Assembly (NCBI GenBank): GCA_038064975.1
Contig: JBBTRX010000002.1
Location: forward strand, 193,278 to 257,277
Reading direction: 5' to 3'
Length of the DNA: 64,000 bases
Source: Patescibacteria group bacterium
GTDB lineage: Bacteria > Patescibacteriota > Minisyncoccia > UBA6257 > 1-14-0-10-40-38
A program made the translations under genes and the position numbers. Each line of letters opens with the position of its first letter. Positions within the stretch are counted from its first letter, which is position 1. The notes below the pieces were generated by a model, which saw nothing but the letters and a program-made list of their open reading frames with translations, was not told where the DNA came from and did no database searches. Below are positions 9,854 through 18,543 of the stretch, one piece after another.

Positions 9854-10409
9854 TGTTTCACGTGAAACATCTGTATAACAAATTAATTCAAACACATTTT
9901 CTATTAAAATTGAAAGTAAGTAATTCAATTGTTTCACGTGAAACAATTTGGTTAATTAGTGGATTGTTAGAATTGTTAAGATGTTTCACGTGAAACATTG
10001 TTCACACGGGAAAATCTTAAATATTGAAGTGATTATTAATATATTCCATGTCCAGGATCTAATAATCCCTATATTTAGTATTTTTTGTTGTTTTCTATTT
10101 TTTGCATTGTTTCACGTGAAACAATGCAAAACAATTCTGTATCGCAAATTTCCTTTTTATAGAAATTGAATACAATGTTTCACGTGAAACATTGATCAAA
10201 GAACGAACTCCAGTTTTTCAATTGTTTCACGTGAAACAATTGAGATTCTTTTTATTCTCGCAATATCATCAAATTGCTATGGAAAATGGATATTTCTATG
10301 AAATTAATGTTTCTCAATTATTTATGCATTGTTTCACGTGAAACAATGCATAAATAGAATATGCTCGCTTGATGTGCTGAATCTGTTACAAAATGTTTCA
10401 CGTGAAACA
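9854..10409. promoter_or_regulatory. parS cluster: eight perfect TGTTTCACGTGAAACA sites
   Basis: Exact 16-mers start at 9854, 9930, 9982, 10108, 10176, 10223, 10330, 10394; matches the Bacillus-type ParB site. Confidence 0.92.
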
Positions 10410-10470
10410 TTTTGTAACAGATTTATTGAACTAAAATGTTTTACAGGTGTTTTACACTTAGTAATATATA

Positions 10471-10556
10471 CGGCAATGCGGCAATCATATGAAGAATGCG
10501 GCAATGAATACGGCAATGTATATACGGCAATAGGATACGGCAATTGCCGTATCCTA
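10471..10556. repeat. CGGCAAT heptamer array (six direct plus one inverted)
   Basis: Copies at 10471, 10479, 10499, 10511, 10525, 10538; palindrome taggatacggcaattgccgtatccta 10531-10556. Confidence 0.9.
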
Positions 10557-10624
10557 TAAAAATAAAATTGCCAGGGTTTTGTCTGGCAATTTTATTACAA
10601 ACTGAAATATAAGATTAAGCAAGT

Positions 10625-11557
10625 CTAATCGAAAATTTTAACTAAGTATTCGTCAATCTGCCTCTGCTCAAGATTATAGAAATCCTTATTCTGATCGTGT
10701 AAATATGTCGCGAGAGCAACTCCGACGAATCTCCAATGCCAGGGTTCAAAAATATAGTATCCATTGTTTTGTGGATAGGAGAGAATAAAACCATACTTAA
10801 ATGCATTATTTTGCATCCACGTATAAGCCGGAGTTTTATCAAAGCCATAAAGCTGTCCATTCAAACCCGTAGTTATGAAATCAGCGGTTGTTCCAAGTTG
10901 ATGCTCTGAATAGCCTTGATCAGCAGAAAATTGATTCGCCGTTCCGGCACCATAAGTCACCGTATAGGACGATTTCAAAGCTTCTTGTTCGTCAAAGCCG
11001 CGATAGGCCGATTTGACATAGATAGTTACTCCATTTGATTTTGCCGCGACAAGGAGGTTATTAAGATAAGGGAAGACACGCTCATGTATTTGTTCTGGTC
11101 GGTTTTCGCTATAGAGAAATTCTTTGCCAATTTCAACCACCCGTTCGGGAGCGTAGTGTTCATTCAAAAAGAATACTTTTGAATACTTCTGCAAAAGCTC
11201 CGGGTCGGTTTTGCTAAGTTTTTCCAGCGTTCCAACCGTGTTGGATATTACTCCAACCGTCTGTTCAAAGCCGCCGACTCGCGTTTGGACTCCTTCAATA
11301 TTCTGATTTGCAATGGAGAGTGTTTTAGAAATACCAAGAGATTCTTGTTCTAGGGCACCCGTCTTCTCATTTAATGTATTAATCGCGGTTGCGAATAGGG
11401 CAGTAGTAGAAGCGACTTCAGAAGAAAGCTGATCTATTTGTTTTGCAAGGGAATATGTCTGTATGTAGCCATACGTAAATAAACCGATGAGCACGGCAAT
11501 ACCGATTATTAAAGAACGATTGACTGATGAAAATTTTCTTACTTTTTGCCAATTCAT
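10625..11557 (-). CDS. Membrane-anchored M15 (VanY-like) D,D-carboxypeptidase with coiled-coil stalk
   Basis: SAYR, SEHQLG, YGFILSYP, FEPWHWRFVG; N-terminal TM helix. Confidence 0.9.
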   Translation of the reverse strand: MNWQKVRKFSSVNRSLIIGIAVLIGLFTYGYIQTYSLAKQIDQLSSEVASTTALFATAINTLNEKTGALEQESLGISKTLSIANQNIEGVQTRVGGFEQTVGVISNTVGTLEKLSKTDPELLQKYSKVFFLNEHYAPERVVEIGKEFLYSENRPEQIHERVFPYLNNLLVAAKSNGVTIYVKSAYRGFDEQEALKSSYTVTYGAGTANQFSADQGYSEHQLGTTADFITTGLNGQLYGFDKTPAYTWMQNNAFKYGFILSYPQNNGYYIFEPWHWRFVGVALATYLHDQNKDFYNLEQRQIDEYLVKIFD

Positions 11558-11686
11558 GTGCGTGCTGAGGGGAGATCTCACGTCGTCCGATTTTGCCGGA
11601 CTCCTTGAAACCCCTCGGTTTCAATAACTTCCGTCTCGGGAAAACTCCCGATTTTCCCGACCCCTTTCCCTGTTCGGATTCTGCGG

Positions 11687-11758
11687 TGCGCGCTGAGGGG
11701 ATCGAACCCACGACCTACTCGGTGTAAACGAGTCGCTCTGCCACTGAGCTAAGCGCGC
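11687..11758 (-). tRNA. tRNA-Val(TAC)
   Basis: GCGCGCT-TAGCTCAGTGGCAGAGC-ACTCG-TTTACAC-CGAGT...GGTTCGATCCC-AGCGCGC-A. Confidence 0.93.
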
Positions 11759-12138
11759 AAATATACTATCTGAATAAATGAGCTATACTTCTTATTTGTC
11801 TCTTTCAAGCTTAAGCGAAGTGGGCCACTGCCTGTCCGTCCGCCCGCCTGAATGAAATTCATTTCGGGCAGGTAGTCAGGGCATTGCCGGACGAAGGAGG
11901 AAGCTAAGCGCGCATATATTCAGGAACTCATTGTATCCCGATTGTACAATAAAGAAAAGATCACGCCTACGGCGTGTAAATCCGCCGGAGGCCAGCCTCG
12001 CCGTAACTAGTCTAGGCGGGCGGGCAGGTCCTCCAAGGACGGATAAACCCGCCGAAGGTGGGCAGGCTTGCAAGAGAGTGCGTTAGTGAAGTACTGTTTT
12101 TATTAGCTCCATATTATACTAAGCGAGTCGGACAAAAT

Positions 12139-12210
12139 CGGCCCATAGCTCAAGGGCAGAGCATCCGTCTTATACACGGGGGGTTGCAGGTTCGAATCCT
12201 GCTGGGCCGA
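12139..12210 (+). tRNA. tRNA-Ile(TAT)
   Basis: CGGCCCA-TAGCTCAAGGGCAGAGC-A-TCCGT-CTTATAC-ACGGG...GCAGGTTCGAATCCTGC-TGGGCCG-A. Confidence 0.88.
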
Positions 12211-12218
12211 CAACAAAC

Positions 12219-12246
12219 AAAAAATCCTCGCCATGCGAGGATTTTT
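12219..12246. terminator. Bidirectional terminator between tRNA-Ile and ftsH
   Basis: aaaaaatcctcgc-cat-gcgaggatttttt. Confidence 0.7.
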
Positions 12247-12256
12247 TGAAATACGT

Positions 12257-14095
12257 TTACGCAACTATCGTCATTGGTTTCAGATTGAACGGCTCAAGAA
12301 TCTGATTAAACTCTTCTTGTTCCAGTGTTTCTTTTTCCAGAAGTGCTCCTGCGATCGCGTCTAATACTTTTGTGCGAGTAGTAATTATTTTTTTCGCCAT
12401 TGCGTGTGCAATTTCAATAAATCGATGCACTTCGTGATCAATTTTTCCAGCAACTTCTTCGGAGTAATTTTTCTCATGCGCGATGTCGCGACCTAAGAAA
12501 ATCATGTCTTCAGTTCTGCCGAAGGTGATAGGTCCCAAATTACTCATGCCATATTTAGTTACTAATCGGCGAGAAAGTTCTGACGCTTCCTTTAGGTCAT
12601 TAGAAGCTCCGGTTGAGATATCGCTAAATATTTCGTGCTCGGCAACATATCCACCCATCATGACTGCAAGGTCATTCAAGAATTGTGATTTTGTTTTAAG
12701 GCGCATTTCCTCAAGAGGAAGCTTGAGAGTATATCCGCCCGCGCGTCCGCGGCTCACAATAGAAACCTTGTGTACTGGATCAGAATCTTTGAGGGAGGCG
12801 GTAACAAGCGCATGGCCGGCTTCATGATACGCGGTAACTTTCCTTTCTCTGTCTGAAATAACTCTGCTCTTGCGTGCCGGACCAAGCATGACTTTTTCAA
12901 TGGAATCGTAAATATCCTGTTGTGCGATTGTTTGTCGATTGTTACGAGCAGTAGCAATAGCTGCTTCGTTTAAGAGGTTTGCGAGATCAGCTCCGGAAAA
13001 TCCTGGTGTGCGTGTGGCGATCTTTGCGAAATCAACACCTTCACTCATAGGTTTGTTGCGCGCGTGGATTTTTAAGATCTCTTCGCGGTCTTTCATGTCG
13101 GGTAAATCAATAACGATTCTCCGATCAAAGCGGCCCGGACGAAGCAGTGCTTGATCCAAAACATCGGGACGGTTAGTTGCAGCGATGACGATAACTTTCG
13201 TGTCGCGGTCAAAGCCGTCCATCTCCACGAGAATTTGATTTAATGTCTGTTCGCGCTCGTCGTGTCCGCCGCCCAAACCTGCTCCGCGCTCTCTGCCGAT
13301 TGCATCAATCTCATCTATAAAGAGAATTGAAGGCGCAGCTTTCTTTGCGGTAGTAAATGCATCACGTGTACGCGCGGCACCTACGCCAACAAACATTTCT
13401 ACGAACTCAGACGCGGAGATATGAAAGAAGGGGACTTCACTTTCTCCTGCGATGGCGCGAGCGAGTAATGTTTTTCCTGATCCCGGAGGGCCCATCATAA
13501 GTACTCCGCGAGGAATACGGGCACCGACTTCAAGAAATTTTTTCGGATTTTTTAGGAAATCTACTACCTCCTCAACTTCTTCTTTTGCTTCTTTTAGTCC
13601 CGCGATGTCTTTGAACGTGATTTTATCCTTCTGGGGAGAAAATAGTTTTAAGTTTGAGCGGCCGAAATTAAATACCTGATTTGCCCCTCCCTGTGCTCTT
13701 CGAAAAATAATCCAAAAGACTGCAATGATAAGAATAAGGGGAAGTAATGTTGGGATAAGAATACCGAGCCAGAATCGCGCGCCGGATTCATCTTGAATTT
13801 CTATCTTTACGCCACGCAGATCATCTGCGGTAACTCCCAGGTTCATAAGCGTTTCGCTAAGTCCGGATTCGGATTCTTTTTGGACTTTAGCTTCCGTCCC
13901 ATCCGTAAGGAGGACGGTAAGATTGTTACCGCTTACCACAATACTAGAAACTGAACCTGCAGAAATGCGCTCCGCAAGGGTGTTAATGGAAAGGGTCTCC
14001 GGAGCTGTTGTGTCGCCGACGAGAAACGAGAAAATAAGGGAAACTGCGATTAACGTCGCAATCGCCCAAAGGATATTTTTATATAAGATGTTCAT
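12257..14095 (-). CDS. ftsH: ATP-dependent zinc metalloprotease FtsH
   Basis: Two TM helices, [25 protein letters not shown]. Confidence 0.97.
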   Translation of the reverse strand: MNILYKNILWAIATLIAVSLIFSFLVGDTTAPETLSINTLAERISAGSVSSIVVSGNNLTVLLTDGTEAKVQKESESGLSETLMNLGVTADDLRGVKIEIQDESGARFWLGILIPTLLPLILIIAVFWIIFRRAQGGANQVFNFGRSNLKLFSPQKDKITFKDIAGLKEAKEEVEEVVDFLKNPKKFLEVGARIPRGVLMMGPPGSGKTLLARAIAGESEVPFFHISASEFVEMFVGVGAARTRDAFTTAKKAAPSILFIDEIDAIGRERGAGLGGGHDEREQTLNQILVEMDGFDRDTKVIVIAATNRPDVLDQALLRPGRFDRRIVIDLPDMKDREEILKIHARNKPMSEGVDFAKIATRTPGFSGADLANLLNEAAIATARNNRQTIAQQDIYDSIEKVMLGPARKSRVISDRERKVTAYHEAGHALVTASLKDSDPVHKVSIVSRGRAGGYTLKLPLEEMRLKTKSQFLNDLAVMMGGYVAEHEIFSDISTGASNDLKEASELSRRLVTKYGMSNLGPITFGRTEDMIFLGRDIAHEKNYSEEVAGKIDHEVHRFIEIAHAMAKKIITTRTKVLDAIAGALLEKETLEQEEFNQILEPFNLKPMTIVA

Positions 14096-14234
14096 GATGT
14101 AGTGCGATATGTTAGTTATAACTCTTCATGAGTAAAATAATATCACACTGTGCGGGCAGAAGTAATATTCCTCATTTACTCATGAAGCTTCCATGACGTC
14201 GTTGCTGGCGTAAAACAACTGTAAAACAATTTTT

Positions 14235-14250
14235 TGTTTTACGTGAAACA
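14235..14250. promoter_or_regulatory. Outlying parS site (one mismatch)
   Basis: tgttttacgtgaaaca. Confidence 0.7.
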
Positions 14251-14366
14251 TTTTGTCCGGCAAAGCCGGATCCGGCTTTGCCGGACAACTAGCGACTAAT
14301 AATGAATTTAATTGGTCAACTTATCTTCCGTATACTAGTGTCGCAAAATAATCTACTATTATAACC

Positions 14367-15275
14367 ATGACGCAGGCAGAAAAGCTTCTCAAGGAATATT
14401 TGGATTATTTGGAAATTGAGAAAAATCGTTCCGTGAAAACACGCGAAAACTACGAACGCTATCTTAAGTATTTTTTTAATTTCGCAAAAATAAATTCTGT
14501 GGAGGATATTACGGAAACTGCAGTACGGGAGTTTCGTCTTTCGCTTGCGAGGTCTAAGGGAAGCGAGGGGACCGTGCTCAAAAAAAATACTCAAAGTTAT
14601 TACGCTATCGCGGTCAGAAATTTTTTGAAATATCTTGCACGCCATGACTACAAGACGCTTGCGCCGGAAAAAATAGAACTTCCGAAATTAGGGATGCGCC
14701 AAATTGATATTGTGGAATACAAAGATCTTGAGCGAATGCTTGAGGCACCCAAAGGGGATAGTCTGCGAGCAGTGCGGGATCGCGCAATTTTAGAACTACT
14801 GTTTTCAACGGGATTACGTTTAGCGGAACTTTGCTCGCTGAGTCGATATCTTGATTTTAATCGGGGAGAAATAACAGTGCGGGGAAAAGGGGATAAGCTG
14901 CGCGTTGTTTTCGTTTCCGGGCGCGCACGAGGCGCGATTAAAGAGTATTTGGAAAAGCGTGCGGATGCCGGTGAGACATTATTTATAAGTCTTACAAAAA
15001 AAGGGAAACCACTCGGACGTATTAATCCGCGAACTGTTCAACGCATTGTAGATAAGTACGCGAGGGAAGCGGGGATTATGGACCCTGTAACTCCACACAC
15101 ATTCCGGCATATGTTTGCCACGGATCTTTTAATGAACGGAGCAGATCTCCGTTCCGTGCAGGCACTCCTCGGTCACTCTAATGTTGCAACTACACAAATC
15201 TACACGCATCTCACGAATAAAGAATTACGCGAAATCCACAAGGCATTTCATGGCACGCGAAGAGGGGAGAAGTAA
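14367..15275 (+). CDS. xerC: XerC/XerD-family tyrosine recombinase
   Basis: N-terminal SAM-like domain; STGLRLAE, GKGDK, HTFRHMFAT, LLGHSNVATTQIY. Confidence 0.88.
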   Translation: MTQAEKLLKEYLDYLEIEKNRSVKTRENYERYLKYFFNFAKINSVEDITETAVREFRLSLARSKGSEGTVLKKNTQSYYAIAVRNFLKYLARHDYKTLAPEKIELPKLGMRQIDIVEYKDLERMLEAPKGDSLRAVRDRAILELLFSTGLRLAELCSLSRYLDFNRGEITVRGKGDKLRVVFVSGRARGAIKEYLEKRADAGETLFISLTKKGKPLGRINPRTVQRIVDKYAREAGIMDPVTPHTFRHMFATDLLMNGADLRSVQALLGHSNVATTQIYTHLTNKELREIHKAFHGTRRGEK

Positions 15276-15432
15276 TTTTATACTCCGCTCCAATAAAATA
15301 AAAATAGTACTGGGGGAGGGAATCTCACTACTCGGTCCGATAGTTATCGGACCTGCGTTTTAAAAACCCTCCTCCTTCGTTAAAACTACGGACGGACAAG
15401 TCGGTTTTTAACATTTCTATACTAGTGGATAG

Positions 15433-15517
15433 TGGTGCTGGGGGAGGGACTTGAACCCACACGCCTTGCGGCGGCAGCTCCTAAAGCTGCTGCGTCTGCC
15501 AATTTCGCCACCCCAGC
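15433..15517 (-). tRNA. tRNA-Leu(TAG)
   Basis: GCTGGGG-TGGCGAAATTGGCAGACGC-GCAGC-TTTAGGA-GCTGC, long variable arm, encoded CCA. Confidence 0.93.
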
Positions 15518-15646
15518 GAGCCCTTGACTTTTACAAGGATTCCTGATATTATATCACAGTTCTTTGATAACTCAAAGTAATAGTATTGCCTGCTTAGGCG
15601 ATGCTCGTCCAGCCCTAGTTTCAGCAACCAGAAAGAGAGGTCTCTT

Positions 15647-16651
15647 ATGGAGATCGCAGGTGGACTGCTCGTTTTGGCGTTGATTATTGCAGTTCTGTAT
15701 TTTTGCTTCATGGCGATAGCTTGGCTCTTCGGTCTTGCGATCACGTACAGTTACGTCATTCTTGGTATCGGCGTCACTATCCTAGTTGTCGCCATCCTTC
15801 TCGATTCGTACGCAATCGTCCCTTCTGCGCATTACGGGGTCAAGAAATTCCTCGAAAGGCGCATAACGAAAAAAAATAAAGAGGGAGATGAAGAGGGTGT
15901 CGTTGTGGATGAAGGGTTTCAATGGAAGCTTGCATTTTTTCACTCCTTCGACATTTTTTCTTATAAACGTGAGCCGATTGTTGTAGATGAAACATTCATG
16001 ACTGGGAAAGATCAGGATGGATCTCGATTAGAAATCTTCATTAATGGATTTATTCTTTATCGCGTGAATAGACAAGAAGTGGCAACAACTGCATTTGAAT
16101 TTTCAGAAGAAGCAACTAAAAAAGGCATCATAGCGGATGCGACTTCAGAATTCGGCGGTGTTACTGGTACGAAATCCGCTGAGGTATTTATTGATAATCG
16201 TGATACTGTCGAGGTTCTACTCGCATCTGCGTTGCAACTTGCGGATCCTCCTCATAAAAAGTTGCCCGCCGAGGAACGGTTTGAGTATTGCAGAGCTCAC
16301 TCTGTTGAGTTGCGAGAAGCGCTGAGGCGTGAATCAGAAACGTCGGAGAAAAGATCCGCTGTCGAACTCAGGTATGGAATCGATATCCTTAGCGTTTCTA
16401 TTAAGGACGTTGATTTCACTGAAAAAACAAAAGCAGCTCTTGAGAAGCAAAGACAGGATGCAGCCTTGGCTGCAGCCGCACGATCAAAACTAGGGCTTGT
16501 GAGAGAATTCAAAGCGGAAGGCCTAACACCAGAACGTGCCGTTGATGCCGCAGAAATTTCCCTTGGGCAAGGTACGAGACAACAAATCGGCCTTCAAGGG
16601 ATTCCTGCAGGATTCATCAATGTCTCGCTCGGATCCAAGGACGGTAACTAG
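15647..16651 (+). CDS. SPFH/band-7-like membrane protein
   Basis: Two N-terminal TM helices, YAIVPSAHYGV, DEGFQWKL, RYGIDILSVSIKDVDF, C-terminal Ala-rich coil; SD gagagg. Confidence 0.7.
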   Translation: MEIAGGLLVLALIIAVLYFCFMAIAWLFGLAITYSYVILGIGVTILVVAILLDSYAIVPSAHYGVKKFLERRITKKNKEGDEEGVVVDEGFQWKLAFFHSFDIFSYKREPIVVDETFMTGKDQDGSRLEIFINGFILYRVNRQEVATTAFEFSEEATKKGIIADATSEFGGVTGTKSAEVFIDNRDTVEVLLASALQLADPPHKKLPAEERFEYCRAHSVELREALRRESETSEKRSAVELRYGIDILSVSIKDVDFTEKTKAALEKQRQDAALAAAARSKLGLVREFKAEGLTPERAVDAAEISLGQGTRQQIGLQGIPAGFINVSLGSKDGN

Positions 16652-16665
16652 AAAGGAGAAGGGTT

Positions 16666-17313
16666 ATGACTAACAAGAGCGGATCGATCGAATCAATCTT
16701 CCGGTCCAAACCGAAGCGAATCATTTGGCTCGTTATCGGTATTGGATGCATCGTTGTTTGGGGCTTGATAGCTTGGCTTCACGACGGAGACGAAGCAGAG
16801 TCTCAATCCCAAATGCTTGAGAAACCTCCTGTTGCTTGCGAGCACGAGACTCCTCAAGTCCAATTCTCCGGACCAATCCCGAGCGCACTCAAAGGTGCGA
16901 AGGAAACGCTCCAGAATGTTCCCAACTTCGCCGAGAGTGTGACTGATGGGATCGCTAACGGGTTTGAATACGCCACGAGTAGTTACGCTACTCCTGGATT
17001 CGTGTACCAAGGAGACGTTGTCTACTTTGGTCCCAACGATACTCAAAAAGAAATCATGCTCCAGCGAGGAGCGTGGTCTCCAATGGTTCGGCTTCCTCCC
17101 GAGGTGGATTATCGCATTGATGTCTCGCCTCCGGACGGATACCGCATCAAGTTCATTGATGGAACAGAGCAAGACGTGCCTGCAAACGGCATTGCTTTCT
17201 TTGGAATCCGTCGCGCCGTGTTTCAGCTCCAGGGCAAGGTCCCTGGTCAGACTGCAACCATAACCACCACTCTCAACGATGGGCGTAGTCCCAAAAATGA
17301 GTGTAGGAGGTAA
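16666..17313 (+). CDS. Hypothetical membrane-anchored protein
   Basis: SD aaggag, one TM helix, terminator follows. Confidence 0.7.
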   Translation: MTNKSGSIESIFRSKPKRIIWLVIGIGCIVVWGLIAWLHDGDEAESQSQMLEKPPVACEHETPQVQFSGPIPSALKGAKETLQNVPNFAESVTDGIANGFEYATSSYATPGFVYQGDVVYFGPNDTQKEIMLQRGAWSPMVRLPPEVDYRIDVSPPDGYRIKFIDGTEQDVPANGIAFFGIRRAVFQLQGKVPGQTATITTTLNDGRSPKNECRR

Positions 17314-17324
17314 GGCGCAAACAA

Positions 17325-17355
17325 CAAATCCCGCATGTGAACCATGCGGGATTTA
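17325..17355. terminator. Intrinsic terminator-like hairpin
   Basis: aaatcccgcatg...catgcggggattt. Confidence 0.6.
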
Positions 17356-17377
17356 TCTTTTTCTTAAAAATTTTTCT

Positions 17378-17710
17378 TTAGAAAACTGTTTCTACAACTA
17401 ACTGAATCACTGCTCGAGAAAGGAATGCTACGATGACAGCAATAATTGCGTAAATAATATACGTTTTTGCCTTCCCAATATTATCTTCATTGCCTCCAGC
17501 CATGAGATACAAGTACGCTGCCCAGAGGACAAAAACACCAGCGAGAAAAATGAGAAACCCAAAAGCCCAACCGACAAGATTATCAAGTGTTCTCTTGATG
17601 AGACTTGAATCAGCACTTGGTTGTATCGGATTGATTCCACCTTGTGCTCCTACTACCATAGGGAATGCTACGAGGAAAATAACTAATGCAATTAAGAGCC
17701 CTTTTTTCAT
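17378..17710 (-). CDS. VirB2/TrbC-like pilin
   Basis: Leader plus two TM helices joined by AGGNEDNIGKAKTYIIYAIIA. Confidence 0.75.
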   Translation of the reverse strand: MKKGLLIALVIFLVAFPMVVGAQGGINPIQPSADSSLIKRTLDNLVGWAFGFLIFLAGVFVLWAAYLYLMAGGNEDNIGKAKTYIIYAIIAVIVAFLSRAVIQLVVETVF

Positions 17711-17756
17711 ATGTAATATATTAATGCGTTCTGAATTATGACAATCGACCAAATGC

Positions 17757-18128
17757 TTATGCCCCAATTATCTCTTTAATTAAAGCAATAAGCGCACGGG
17801 ATATCAAGAGAACAGCAACACCAATAACAGCATACGTAATTGTTCTTTTTCCATTTTCAAATTCAGTGGGATCTCCTTTTGCAAACAATATTTGATATCC
17901 GCCCCAGATAATCATAAGTGTTGCTATGGTGAGACCGAGTCCAACAGCAAATCCGATAAGGTCATTTAAAATTTGTTCAAGTGATTTTGATGGAATAATC
18001 TGACCACCTATTCCAGTTTGAGAAGGTGGTTGTTGCCCGACTCCTGATTGAGAAGGTGGTTGTTGTCCAAATCCCGATTGCGCTAACGCTGACTGAACAA
18101 GAATTAAATTTTTTAAAAATAGGTTCAT
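17757..18128 (-). CDS. VirB2/TrbC-like pilin with 10-aa tandem repeat
   Basis: IIWGGYQILFAKGDPTEFENGKRTITYAVIG; QSGxGQQPPS repeats (30-bp unit near 18019-18080). Confidence 0.75.
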   Translation of the reverse strand: MNLFLKNLILVQSALAQSGFGQQPPSQSGVGQQPPSQTGIGGQIIPSKSLEQILNDLIGFAVGLGLTIATLMIIWGGYQILFAKGDPTEFENGKRTITYAVIGVAVLLISRALIALIKEIIGA

Positions 18129-18139
18129 AGAGATATAAA

Positions 18140-18538
18140 TTATGGATTGGGTACAGAGTTGTTGGAAAGTAAACTCCAAACGAGTGAAACGATAATACCT
18201 GCTCCGAATACGATTGCGACGCCAATGAGTGCAGTTGTAATAATTTGCCTTCCCTTGGCGAACTCACTTGAATTCCCGCGTGCCATGATTATCTTAAACC
18301 CGCCCCAGATAATCATCAAGACAGCAAGGGGAAGGACGATGACTTTTCCGAGATAATCTATTACTACCTTAATAAGGTAAGCAAAGCTATTTAATCCACA
18401 ACCGCCATTGTCCGGTGGAAGATTAGGATCGCATTGAAGATCAACTCCTAAAATATTTAAAGTATCTGCACTCGCAATTCCTGGCATCAATATTATTGAG
18501 CAGCTAAGTAGAAAGAAAAAGAAAAATAGTATCTTCAT
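18140..18538 (-). CDS. VirB2/TrbC-like pilin
   Basis: IIWGGFKIIMARGNSSEFAKGRQIITTALIG; N-terminal Cys pair. Confidence 0.75.
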   Translation of the reverse strand: MKILFFFFFLLSCSIILMPGIASADTLNILGVDLQCDPNLPPDNGGCGLNSFAYLIKVVIDYLGKVIVLPLAVLMIIWGGFKIIMARGNSSEFAKGRQIITTALIGVAIVFGAGIIVSLVWSLLSNNSVPNP

Positions 18539-18543
18539 AAATA

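Noticed and set aside
9854-10409. CRISPR array
   Set aside because: Repeat is only 16 bp, matches parS, spacing is irregular (47-126 bp) and no cas genes are present.
9981-10559. Short ORFs starting MFHVK (9981-10169, 10329-10559) and 10334-10543
   Set aside because: Translations of parS palindromes and CGGCAAT repeats; no coding character.
14098-14128. Possible dif site near xerC
   Set aside because: Only vague resemblance; arms do not match the known XerC/XerD pattern.
14367-17313. Prophage or integrative island at xerC/tRNA-Leu
   Set aside because: Recombinase looks like chromosomal XerC/D (about 300 aa); no phage or conjugation genes and no distant att copy seen.
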